Source: Candidatus Oxydemutatoraceae bacterium
GTDB lineage: Bacteria > Pseudomonadota > Gammaproteobacteria > Poriferisulfidales > Oxydemutatoraceae
Direction: 5' to 3'
NCBI GenBank assembly: GCA_965219575.1
Contig: OZ244779.1
Location: 1,800,352-1,864,351, forward strand
DNA: 64,000 nt
Part shown: piece after piece, positions 38,922 to 48,335 of the stretch
Position numbering within the stretch: position 1 is the stretch's first letter
Layout of the letters: each line of letters begins with the position of its first letter
Made by a program: the position numbers and the translations under genes
Notes under the pieces: model-generated
Databases searched by the model: none
What the model was told of the DNA's origin: nothing
The model's input: the letters and a program-made list of their open reading frames with translations, nothing else

Positions 38922-39587
38922 ATGGCATACCGAAAAAGATACACTTGTTTATTTATCTTGATAGCCACGATTGCATTTACCGGGTGCAGCGGGGGTAAAG
39001 TCAAAAACCTCGCTAAAACCGATATAGACATCGTTGCCGACACCATAGTCAACAACCTAGACGATTATATCTTGCGATTGGCACACGAGCTATATAGAAC
39101 AAACCCCGAAGAATTAGCCAAATCTCGCAACTTTAGCTTAGAGCAGCGTCTCAACCAAATCGTTGATTACCCCGTTGAAGTCGCCTACCGAGAAATCGAC
39201 AACAAACGGCAAGTCAAGGCGATCGAGCTTGCGTTGGACGATTCTTACGACGGCGATAGAGTCTTTGCGTTGATGATCGGCATCAGTAGCATGATTCGAA
39301 TTTCATACGATAACCAACGGGAATTCTTCATCTTTGATTCTATAGACCCTCAAAAGCTATACGACAGTAGCTACAACCTGCAACTGTTAAAACAAAAACT
39401 TTTGAATATGTCGCCCAAGCTATTTCGTATAGATACAAATTACGGTGATACCAATAACGCCTATGCCCTAATAGAAAAAATCGGCACGACCCAAGATCTT
39501 ATGTCGCACATTATTTCCGATAAAACCAGCCGAGTGATCAACAAAACCATAATCGGTACCGCAACCGCTTTCGTTCCTATCATATAA
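38922..39587 (+). CDS. Hypothetical lipoprotein
   Basis: MAYRKRYTCLFILIATIAFTGCSGG carries a lipobox. The ORF-track start at 38685 is an artefactual extension. Confidence 0.6.
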   Translation: MAYRKRYTCLFILIATIAFTGCSGGKVKNLAKTDIDIVADTIVNNLDDYILRLAHELYRTNPEELAKSRNFSLEQRLNQIVDYPVEVAYREIDNKRQVKAIELALDDSYDGDRVFALMIGISSMIRISYDNQREFFIFDSIDPQKLYDSSYNLQLLKQKLLNMSPKLFRIDTNYGDTNNAYALIEKIGTTQDLMSHIISDKTSRVINKTIIGTATAFVPII

Positions 39588-40129
39588 CTTTGTACTCGTG
39601 CAGATGTGCAGGGGCTGTTGAAAAAGTATCCACGAACTGTAGGAACGGTACATTCCTCTCCTTCGGAGGGGTGGCAGGTGCAGCCTAACGGGGTGGTCTT
39701 AAAAATGAGGGTGTAATCTTCTTCAACGCCACATCTGTAAGGCACCCGGAAACCTACAAATTTACAAAAAAAATGAAATGGTTAGCCGAGGATAAGTATA
39801 ATATCCCGTTTTTCTGGATTGAGCATCAAACCTATGAGGATACGGGCAGATATGGATGGAAGCTATATTCTTTTAGATCATAAACAGACTAGTTAGGCGC
39901 AGATACGTCAGAACCCTGTTCAAGGCTTGATCTAATGAGGAGATTCTCAATCGGTAAACGCAGGATAAAATGCTACACAATGACAAGTTTAGGTTGGACT
40001 CCGGCTGGAGTGTCATGGTGAGTTCAGAGCGGGAGATTTCCTGCCTCTTGAATAAACTGACGACCGAATCTATGACAGCTTTTTGGTAATCCAGAATCGT
40101 CTTCAAAATGGAGTTTCATGTTATGCACT

Positions 40130-41680
40130 TTATGCACTCAGCCTCCAGTTTTCATGCAAGACTTTAAGCAATTCACTTTGATAACTTTGCAGGTGTTCCG
40201 GTGTCCACTGCTTAGCACCCAACGCTTTTAATGTTAATGCGTAGGCTGGTACTTTGTCCGTACCAGAGGAGTAGGCCTCCTTTTTCTTCTCAAATCCCCA
40301 ATTCTTCGCCGATGCGTTACGGTTTTGGCCGAGAGGAATCAGATTCGCGAGGCGATGTACCCACTCTTTGTGATTTTCATCAGACCATGAGTTTGCCCAC
40401 TCGGTATTATTTATCGTTTGCGGTAGAACATGCTCAATAGTCAGCTTTCTACCATCGTATGAGGTAGCACCATCCGAAATAAAAGAATCAAGGCGAAGGA
40501 TCAGGTAGTTTCTTCGTTTTGCAGTGAGTTTATCATAGATATTTTCGTTCAACGCCTCACGCATTTTTTCTTTTTCCATCTCGGTCAATTCAACGGCTTG
40601 GACGGGAGAGTTAAGTGAATTTTCGCCCTCCAATGCTTCTATAACATCGCTGTAGCACTTGATCCTGTGGTTAACGCTCAGGCCGCATATATGCATATAG
40701 GCTGCCAAACGCTCAAGACTATTGAAAAACTGCGCAACGTATTTTGGATTTTCATTTCCAGAAAGAAACAGTATCGCCACCGGTATCCAGTCCGAGTTAT
40801 CAATACGGTTAAGCCAATAAAGGTATGTATTTACTTCTTCAGCGTAGGATTTGGCTTTGTAGTTGTTAGAGTAAACCGTTGCCAAAGCACTTGCATAAGG
40901 TTCTAATTCTTCAATAAGTGCTTTAGGCTCGACTTTACTAAGCACATAGTTTCTAAACTCATCTAGAAGGGGCTTCCTCGCCTTCTCTTTGGCATAAATC
41001 ATTCGAACATAGGTGAACAGGTTGTTGAAGCCATCACGACCTAATTCGTGCTCCATATTTTGCCATCGCTCGTTGTGTTCATCTTGCTCTTCGTCCGTAG
41101 CGAACTCGCCGATAATGTCTGCCTTAATGATGTCTGTCGGCTTAAGATCAAGTCCACGATCATTTAGGACTGAAAACACACGGAAAGCTGAATCCTTACT
41201 TGACGCAATTACGACAACAAGATAGCAGTTATTAACCAAAAAAGTCACAAAATCAAAGATGCTATTAGCATCGTTACCAAAATTTTCCTTGATTTTCAGG
41301 AGAAGTGATTGGCTGTTTTTTTTGATGTTTCTTTGAGATTCGGTTTTAAACTCTTCTTCGTTAAGACCTTTTAGCTTATCAAAATCTAGTTTTTGTATGT
41401 GATCCAAGAAAAATTGATTGTCATTTTTTTCCCCTAACGTCAGGCGGGGTTTAGACTCTAATTTTTGGGTTTCTTTTCCGGGTTCGATAATATACTCATT
41501 AACAATTTCCTCCTGCTTGGGCTCTTACTCAGACTTGTAGAAATCAAAAAGATCATCGAAAAGTGCTTCAGTATGCTCTTGCTCCCACGCATAAGGCCTT
41601 TGATAGGGCGGAACGACGAAAAAGTGAGATCCGAATATTTCTAACAAGGGCTGTTCCTCAGCACTGATTGTCTCGCTCAT
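40130..41680 (-). pseudogene. GmrSD-like (DUF262/DUF1524) type-IV-restriction-type gene, disrupted. An in-frame TAA lies at codon 52 (41525-41527). The canonical DGQQR motif is not recognisable.
   Basis: The N-terminal fragment FVVPPYQRPYAWEQEH is the DUF262 YQRxYxW motif. Downstream are FSVLNDRGLDLKPTDIIKA (second half of DUF262) and EHVLPQ...N...W (DUF1524 HxxP). The two pieces are in one frame separated only by a stop. Confidence 0.7.
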
Positions 41681-41864
41681 GACATTACCTCATTTTTAGG
41701 GCTATCTAAGTCACTTGGCTCATCGCTAGTACCGTCAAAGCTAAAAAGTATGGTTTTAGAGTTTGCCATTTTATCATCTCCTCAAAAAGTTAATGTTTTA
41801 CCTATTTACAAAGCCTGTCTATTATTTGAAAACATATTATCACTAGCAACATGCTCGCTAGGTA

Positions 41865-42060
41865 TTATATATCGGGCTGTTGAAAAAGTGCGGCATCGTA
41901 CGAATCCAATCACTTGCGCCATTTGGTTTTGGTTTCCATAAATTGGATGGATGAATGTATAAATCGTGTAGGCACAACGCGTTACGGGCGGACATGTTAG
42001 TCCGCCCCTACAGGTGGGTTGGATAATTATGCGGCGCAAGCGGTTACGGTTTTGCAGAAC
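41865..42060. repeat. Repeat modules D, C, B and C, located immediately 5' of the IS3-family transposase fragment
   Basis: ggctgttgaaaaagtgcggcatcgtacgaatc...ggtttccataaattggatggatgaatgtataaatcgtg...gggcggacatgttagtccgcccctac. Confidence 0.75.
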
Positions 42061-42098
42061 AGTATTTTTTCAACAGTCCCATATTAATTCACTTAAAA

Positions 42099-42290
42099 AT
42101 GAGATTGTTGAAAAAGTATCTACGAACCGTAAAAGCAGGCTTCAACGGTTGCCTGAACCAATTCTGGTTTCGTTCAATAAAAGAGGCAAGAGAGATTATA
42201 GAAAACTGGCGCACAGATTATAATGAAGTCCGTCCGCACAGCGCACTAAGGTATCAACCCCCGAGTGTACTTGCGGAGGCAACAGCATGA
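42099..42290 (+). pseudogene. C-terminal fragment of an IS3-family (rve integrase core) transposase
   Basis: FNGCLNQFWFRSIKEAREIIENWRTDYNEVRPHSALRYQPP is the classic C-terminus of IS3 OrfB. Confidence 0.75.
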
Positions 42291-42395
42291 AAACTGGCTT
42301 TGCAGGTAATCCTAAAAATGGAAGAACGTCACGATTATGGTTTCCATGGATTAAATGGGTAAATGTATCAATCGTTCACAAAATGCAAAATCGGA
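42290..42395. repeat. Module-C-like repeat abutting the 3' end of the transposase fragment
   Basis: gattatggtttccatggattaaatgggtaaatgtatcaatcgttcac resembles the C modules elsewhere in the window. Confidence 0.55.
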
Positions 42396-42396
42396 T

Positions 42397-42705
42397 TTAA
42401 CTGCCGTTCTGCAATACGACATACTCTTTCTTAATGTTTTTCTTAAAACTATCGGGGATATTTTCCCAATCCATAATATCTACCGAAACTAGAATATCGC
42501 TCTTTGAAAAATTCTCTCTTAGTTCATAAATCTCATCGGAACTACAGTCAAAAACGACCAAATCTAAGTCGGATGTCTCCCGAGCTTCCTGTGTGATGCG
42601 AGATCCGTAGACCCAAACTTTTTTATTCGGAATATACCGGTTGATGATTTCCTTGACCATTCGGAGTTGATCCGCGTCCAAATCTATAAGTCGCTCATCG
42701 GTCAT
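42397..42705 (-). CDS. Nucleotidyltransferase (MNT/MntA-like, HI0073 family). Putative antitoxin.
   Basis: VWVYGSRITQEARETSDLDLVVF is the GS...DxD minimal nucleotidyltransferase motif. Confidence 0.75.
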   Translation of the reverse strand: MTDERLIDLDADQLRMVKEIINRYIPNKKVWVYGSRITQEARETSDLDLVVFDCSSDEIYELRENFSKSDILVSVDIMDWENIPDSFKKNIKKEYVVLQNGS

Positions 42706-43120
42706 TTCTATTTGCCATTTTCTTGTAGATTGCCTCGCAATCTTCAATGAAGCCTCCTATCTTATCCAGTGCCTGCATCGCTTTTTCTATGCTGTAGTCA
42801 TGTGCGGCATTTCCTCTGATTTTGTTATATTCAACTAGCCGCCGATGCGTTTCTTTATTTATTAGAAGATCCTCGTGTGCGCGGCGAAAAATGGGAATCG
42901 GTGAGTTTTCTAACTCCACCAAACCGTTTTCTTTCAAGTATTTCTTTATGTGTTTCCATAAAGTGTCATAACAAATCTCAAAACATTTAATAACCGAATT
43001 TTTGACGGCACGTCGGTTGACCTCGGATAAGTTTTGTTCGTCCAAAGTCAAAAAACTTCCGTATTGTGCTTTCAATTCGCCAAGCGATTTATCTAATTTC
43101 TCATAATTGGTTTCGTTCAT
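42695..43120 (-). CDS. HEPN-domain protein (HI0074-family nucleotidyltransferase substrate-binding protein). Putative toxin.
   Basis: The IRGNAAHDY segment is an Rx4H HEPN motif. 141 aa. It sits immediately upstream of the MNT gene with a 5-nt gap. Confidence 0.7.
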   Translation of the reverse strand: MNETNYEKLDKSLGELKAQYGSFLTLDEQNLSEVNRRAVKNSVIKCFEICYDTLWKHIKKYLKENGLVELENSPIPIFRRAHEDLLINKETHRRLVEYNKIRGNAAHDYSIEKAMQALDKIGGFIEDCEAIYKKMANRNDR

Positions 43121-43179
43121 TTAGTTTTCCTCTGGTGCAGGGTGGGCATTTAAGTTTACCCTTAAAAATGCAAACATTA

Positions 43180-43450
43180 TGCCACAGTAAACTGCCGATT
43201 GAGCCAGTAGGTCAATAGGCGTGACATTGTGCAGAACCTTAGCGTGCTAGGTAGCTCATACATTACAAAATACAATATCCGCCGGTTGAGCCAGTAGGTC
43301 AATCGGCGTGACATTGTGCAGAACTTTAGGGGCTGCTGAAAAAGTGCGGACATCGCACAAATCCAACCGCTATGCGCCATTTGATTTTGGTTTCCATAAA
43401 TTGGATGAATGAATAAAATAGTGCAGATACGCAGCGACCACCCCGTCAGG
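43180..43450. repeat. Mosaic repeat array (A, A, D, C)
   Basis: aactgccgattgagccagtaggtcaataggcgtgacattgtgcagaacc occurs twice. ggggctgctgaaaaagtgcggacatcgcac...ggtttccataaattggatgaatg follows. Confidence 0.8.
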
Positions 43451-43511
43451 CTAATGCCTGCCACTCGTCCGGTGGTGGGGAATGGGCCGACACCCTACTT
43501 GTAATGTCGGG

Positions 43512-44267
43512 CTATACCGGGTTGTCTATCTCTATGTAGCGGTGATCAATCCGAAAATGTTCGGCTAAATGTTTGCCTAAGGCTTGTACTCCGTAGCGTT
43601 CGGTAGCGTGATGGCCGGCAGCGTAGTAGTGTATGCCCTCTTCCCTGGCAATATGCACCGTTCTCTCGGAAATCTCGCCGCTAATATAAGCATCCAAACC
43701 CAAGCGCGCCGCATCTTCTATGCAATCTTGTGCGGCACCGGTGCAGAGTCCCACGGTTTCAATTTGTGAACCACCGCCGGCTATCAGTTGCGGCGGTCTG
43801 GACAAAACCTGCTCTATTTTTTTCGCTAAGGCATCGGCACTGCACGGTGATACGGTACCGTGCCTCGCCAACTCGATGCCACCTAAATCACCGAAGGTGC
43901 CTTTGAGGGAAATGCCTAATCGCTTTGCCAGCTGCACATTGTTTCCGACTTCGTCGTGGGCATCCAGAGGAATATGGTAAGCGAGCAATCCGATATCGTT
44001 CTTTAACAAAGTGCGCAGTCGCTTTGCTTTCATCCCGAGTATCGCAGGATTTTCGTTGCGCCAAAAATAACCGTGATGCACCAGCAACACATCACCGTCA
44101 TTCTCTATCGTAGCGTCTATTAAGGCTTGCGCAGCGGTAACCCCCGATACGATGCAACGAATAACACGCGTGCTGCCAACCTGTAAACCATTAGGAGCAT
44201 AATCGTTGAAGCGTCCTACCTGCAGATATCGATCGGCATAACTTGCGATATCGTTCAACGATGTCAT
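43512..44267 (-). CDS. Nif3-family dinuclear metal centre protein (YbgI/YqfO-like)
   Basis: 251 aa. HHGYFW and IAAGHHATERYG are Nif3/NGG1p-interacting-factor motifs. Confidence 0.8.
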   Translation of the reverse strand: MTSLNDIASYADRYLQVGRFNDYAPNGLQVGSTRVIRCIVSGVTAAQALIDATIENDGDVLLVHHGYFWRNENPAILGMKAKRLRTLLKNDIGLLAYHIPLDAHDEVGNNVQLAKRLGISLKGTFGDLGGIELARHGTVSPCSADALAKKIEQVLSRPPQLIAGGGSQIETVGLCTGAAQDCIEDAARLGLDAYISGEISERTVHIAREEGIHYYAAGHHATERYGVQALGKHLAEHFRIDHRYIEIDNPV

Positions 44268-45571
44268 GGTTCTACTATGCGGCTTCGTGCGGCAGCGGCG
44301 TGCGCATACAAACCTTCGGCGGTGGCGAGTGTTTCGGCTATCTCTGCCAGATGTGCTGCGGCCTTTGCATTACACTGCACGATACTCGTGCGTTTTTGAA
44401 AATCATAGACACCCAACGGAGAAGAGAAGCGCGCACTGCCGCCGGTGGGCAACACATGGTTTGAACCCGCACAATAATCCCCCAATACCTCGCAGCTATA
44501 GGAACCTATAAAAACGGCTCCGGCATTTTTTATATAGTCTATCCATTGCTCGGCATCGTCCACCGCAAGCTCTAAATGTTCGGGCGCAATTGCATTGGCT
44601 ATTCGTATTGCGTGTTGCAAATCGGCAACCTTGACCAACAAGCCGTTATTATTGAGCGCAGCTTCTATTACTGTATTGCGTGCCATCGTCGGTAGCAAGC
44701 GATCTATTTCGGAACGCACCTGAGCCAAATAATCCGCATCGGGGCATAACAATATCGCACGCGCACGCTCGTCGTGTTCGGCTTGTGAAAATAAATCGAG
44801 TGCAAGCCACGACGCTTGCGTAGTACCGTCGGCGACGATTAAAATCTCGGAAGGTCCGGCAACCATGTCTATACCCACTCTGCCGAACACTTGACGTTTG
44901 GCTTCGTTGACATAAGCGTTTCCGGGTCCGACAATTTTAGAGACCGGAGTAATCGTTCGGGTGCCGTAAGCAAGGGCGGCAATCGCCTGCGCACCACCGA
45001 TGGTATATGCTTCGTCTATTTGCATCAATTCCAGCGCACACATCAATAACGGATTGAGGTGGCCACCGGGCGCAGGCAACATCGCAACGATACGCTCTAC
45101 GCCGGCAACTTGGGCAGGGATTGCATTCATTAAAAGCGACGACGGATATGCAGCTTTGCCACCCGGTATATAAAGCCCGACCGCATCTATCGCTCCGATT
45201 TTCTGCCCTAAGCGCACGCCGATCTCGTCTACGAATTGCCAATCTCGGCCGAGTTGTTTTTCGGCATAGCGGCGGATACGATCGGCTGCTTTGCCGAGTG
45301 CCTCCGACCATTCGGGCGATACGCTTGCGGCAAGTTGCGACCTTCGCTTCGCCGAAATGCGTAAAGCCGATACCGAGTCGGCTTTGATCTGATCGAATTG
45401 CTCGGTATAGTCCAGTATCGCCTCGTCGTCGCGATCGCGTACATCGTCGATGATAGAGCGTACCGAATTTTCAATATCGGCACCGACAATCTGCGCGTGT
45501 GCTATGTATTTTTTTATCTGTTCATCGAAGTCTGCGTCGGAAGCATCGAGCTGTTGCAAGGCCAGTGTCAT
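44264..45571 (-). CDS. hisD: Histidinol dehydrogenase
   Basis: QAEHDERARAILL, GPGNAYV and SGGxARF-type motifs. The start MTLALQQLD overlaps the aro stop (TAATG). Confidence 0.9.
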   Translation of the reverse strand: MTLALQQLDASDADFDEQIKKYIAHAQIVGADIENSVRSIIDDVRDRDDEAILDYTEQFDQIKADSVSALRISAKRRSQLAASVSPEWSEALGKAADRIRRYAEKQLGRDWQFVDEIGVRLGQKIGAIDAVGLYIPGGKAAYPSSLLMNAIPAQVAGVERIVAMLPAPGGHLNPLLMCALELMQIDEAYTIGGAQAIAALAYGTRTITPVSKIVGPGNAYVNEAKRQVFGRVGIDMVAGPSEILIVADGTTQASWLALDLFSQAEHDERARAILLCPDADYLAQVRSEIDRLLPTMARNTVIEAALNNNGLLVKVADLQHAIRIANAIAPEHLELAVDDAEQWIDYIKNAGAVFIGSYSCEVLGDYCAGSNHVLPTGGSARFSSPLGVYDFQKRTSIVQCNAKAAAHLAEIAETLATAEGLYAHAAAARSRIVEP

Positions 45572-46647
45572 TAAGCCTTTCCTGCTTGTACCGCCGAGGC
45601 AAGTATCTCCAGTACTTCGGTGGTGTCGTTCCAACCCATGCACGCATCGGTAATACTCTGCCCGTATACCAATCCTTGTTTGTCGAGCGTGCCGTCCGAA
45701 TTGAATTTGAGGTCTTGCCGACCTTCTACCAAATGGCTCTCTATCATCACACCCATAATGCGTCGCTCGCCGGCTCGTAATTGCCGTGCAACATCCTCGG
45801 CAGCGATCTTCTGCCGCTCGAATTGTTTGCTACTGTTGGCATGGCTAAAATCAATCATCACTTTTTCGGCCTGTTTGCTTTCGGCGAGCAGAGTCGCTGC
45901 GTATTCGACGCTGTCGCTGTCGTAGTTGGTTTTACCGCCTCCGCCGCGCATGATGATATGGCAATCGGCATTGCCGGTTGTTGAAAAAATAGCCGAGTGT
46001 CCGCCTTTGGTCACCGATAAAAAGTGATGCGGTTGCGAGGCCGAGCGCATCGCATCTACGGCTATTTGTATGTTGCCGTGCGTGCCGTTTTTAAATCCGA
46101 CCGGACAAGATAAACCGGAAGCGAGTTCGCGGTGGGTCTGGCTCTCGGTGGTACGCGCACCTATCGCCCCCCAAGCGATCAAATCCGAAATATATTGCGG
46201 GCTAATCAAATCCAGATATTCGGTTGCCGCCGATACACCTTTGCTATTCAAATCCAACAACAGCTTGCGAGCAACTTTGACACCTTTGTTAATCCTAAAA
46301 CTATTGTCTAAATCGGGGTCGTTGATCAAGCCTTTCCAGCCCACCGTGGTACGCGGTTTTTCAAAATACACGCGCATGACTATGTGTAGCTGATCTTCGT
46401 ACTGCGCGATCAGGGGTTGCAGACGGTCGGCGTATTCAAGTGCCGCCTGCGTGTCGTGAACTGAGCAAGGACCGGCGATTACGAGCAAGCGACGATCCTC
46501 GTCGTGTAAGATATTTTTAATCGCTAGACGAGATTTATAAACACATTCCGATACCGCTTCGGTAATCGGCAAGCGGCTCGTCAAGTCCTGCGGAGCAATA
46601 AGATCTTTAATCTCGTTTATTCTTAGATCGTCTGTTTCATATTTCAT
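45571..46647 (-). CDS. aroG: 3-deoxy-7-phosphoheptulonate (DAHP) synthase, class I alpha
   Basis: LLVIAGPCSVHD, KPRTTVGWKGLINDP and IMRGG are AroG/F/H signatures. Confidence 0.85.
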   Translation of the reverse strand: MKYETDDLRINEIKDLIAPQDLTSRLPITEAVSECVYKSRLAIKNILHDEDRRLLVIAGPCSVHDTQAALEYADRLQPLIAQYEDQLHIVMRVYFEKPRTTVGWKGLINDPDLDNSFRINKGVKVARKLLLDLNSKGVSAATEYLDLISPQYISDLIAWGAIGARTTESQTHRELASGLSCPVGFKNGTHGNIQIAVDAMRSASQPHHFLSVTKGGHSAIFSTTGNADCHIIMRGGGGKTNYDSDSVEYAATLLAESKQAEKVMIDFSHANSSKQFERQKIAAEDVARQLRAGERRIMGVMIESHLVEGRQDLKFNSDGTLDKQGLVYGQSITDACMGWNDTTEVLEILASAVQAGKA

Positions 46648-46649
46648 TT

Positions 46650-47045
46650 GTGTTATTGTAGCTTATATGGGGCTGTTGAAAAAGTGCCGGCATTGCACAA
46701 AACTTGTGCAGACACGACGGGGCTGTTGAAAAAGTATCGTCAGCGTGCAACCGTGTAACCGCTTGCGTCGTGAATTTATAATAACCACCAAGCCGTAGGG
46801 GCAGACCTGTGTGTCTGCCCTTAAGTGCCGTTCTGCACGACACCAACCGCTTGCGCCAACAAATAATGGTTTCCATAAATTGGGTGGATGAATGTATAAA
46901 TCATGCAGGCGCAACGCGTTACGGGTAGAACAGAGCCGCCGATTGAGCCAGTAGGTCAATCGGCAATTTAATTTTAGTCCGCCCCTACCACTCTGTAAAA
47001 TACTTTTTCAACAGCCCCACGCCACAACCACCGATTGCGCTTGCG
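46650..47045. repeat. Mosaic repeat array (D, D, B, C, A, B, D)
   Basis: ggggctgttgaaaaagtgccggcattgcac appears twice. Also present are gtaggggcagacctgtgtgtctgccc, ggtttccataaattgggtggatgaatgtataaatc and ccgccgattgagccagtaggtcaatcggcaat. Confidence 0.8.
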
Positions 47046-47051
47046 CCCTTT

Positions 47052-48290
47052 CTACAAACAAGTAACAGGAATTTGAATAATCCTCTCGGCAAGAAGTTTT
47101 ATTTCTCTAGCATTGTTGACCACAACGCCGTAAGGAAGCCGATGATCTTTGATAAATTTCCGTAAAGAAGAAAGCTGCTTCAAGGTGGTGGTCGTGCCTA
47201 ATTTGATCTCAACGGGTAAAACACCGAAAGTACCCTCTAGTACAAGGTCTATTTCTACCCCACCTCTAGTACGATAGTAGTAGTAATCGAAGTGTAAAGG
47301 TCCTAGAGCTTGAATACCTTTCAATACCTCCTCGATAACAAAACTTTCAAAGTTTAGACCGACCGAGGGATGTTTCAACAATCTATCTTTTGTTTCAATA
47401 CCCAATAGATAGTGAACTAGGCCTAAGTCTCTAAAAATTCCTTTGGGCATTTTCACGACCGATTTGGATTTGGATTTTTCGTAAGACGGCACCTTGCGCC
47501 ATAGGAAAGTTTTATCGATGATTTCGAGGTAATCTCTCACGCTCACTTCGGAACAGTCAATCGCACGTCCTAACTGCGCTTTGTTGATAATCGTCCCCGA
47601 CAAGCTGCTTAACATTTCAATAAAACGTCTGTACTTTAGCGTATCAATTTTGGGGAAAAGTTTTTTAATGTCCCTGTTGATGTACGTTTGATAATAGTTT
47701 TCCATCCACGCTCGATGAAATTCCATATTATCGGACCTAACAATTTCCGGGTAGCCGCCCTTTAATAGTCCTTTCCAAATATCGGTTCTAGAAAACACCC
47801 CATCGCTTAAAAAAGCAAGGTCATCCTCGTGATCGAGCGGCTTCGTGAATATCCGGTAAAAGTCGGGCAACGGCTTATGAAGAATCTCATTGGTTTTTAG
47901 GGTTCCCAACTCTACGATCCCTACTCTGCCGGCTAAGGTGTCGGAAACACTTTTAAGGAGATCCGGAGAACTTGAGCCGGTGAGCAGAAAACGTCCTTTC
48001 TTTTGTCTATCGCTATCTACAACAGATCTAAGTTCCTTGAATAGTTGCGGATACTCTTGTACTTCATCGATGATTAAATGGTCTTTGTGCTCTTGAAAGA
48101 AAAAGTCTATATCTCTGGTTATATAATCAAAATCTTTACCCTTTTCAAGATCAAAGTATTTCCAGCCGGGCGCACATTTTTTAGCCAGCGTGGTTTTACC
48201 TACCTGCCTAGACCCTACGATTAGGACTACGGGAAAAAACGATAATAGCTTATCGATATTCTGTTCTACATTCCTTTTTATATATGTCAT
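47052..48290 (-). CDS. AAA-family ATPase with a C-terminal DUF4143 domain (second paralog)
   Basis: The Walker A reads IVGSRQVGKTT and the Walker B reads IIDEVQ. The gene is AT-rich. Confidence 0.75.
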   Translation of the reverse strand: MTYIKRNVEQNIDKLLSFFPVVLIVGSRQVGKTTLAKKCAPGWKYFDLEKGKDFDYITRDIDFFFQEHKDHLIIDEVQEYPQLFKELRSVVDSDRQKKGRFLLTGSSSPDLLKSVSDTLAGRVGIVELGTLKTNEILHKPLPDFYRIFTKPLDHEDDLAFLSDGVFSRTDIWKGLLKGGYPEIVRSDNMEFHRAWMENYYQTYINRDIKKLFPKIDTLKYRRFIEMLSSLSGTIINKAQLGRAIDCSEVSVRDYLEIIDKTFLWRKVPSYEKSKSKSVVKMPKGIFRDLGLVHYLLGIETKDRLLKHPSVGLNFESFVIEEVLKGIQALGPLHFDYYYYRTRGGVEIDLVLEGTFGVLPVEIKLGTTTTLKQLSSLRKFIKDHRLPYGVVVNNAREIKLLAERIIQIPVTCL

Positions 48291-48335
48291 ATCCTAATTG
48301 TACACTAGGATTTTACATATCAAATAATGGTGAGT

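Noticed and set aside
39640-39680. UUCG-tetraloop structured RNA
   Set aside because: On careful pairing the hairpin closes a 3-nt loop with one G-U pair, not a canonical C(UUCG)G. That alone is insufficient to call an RNA gene.
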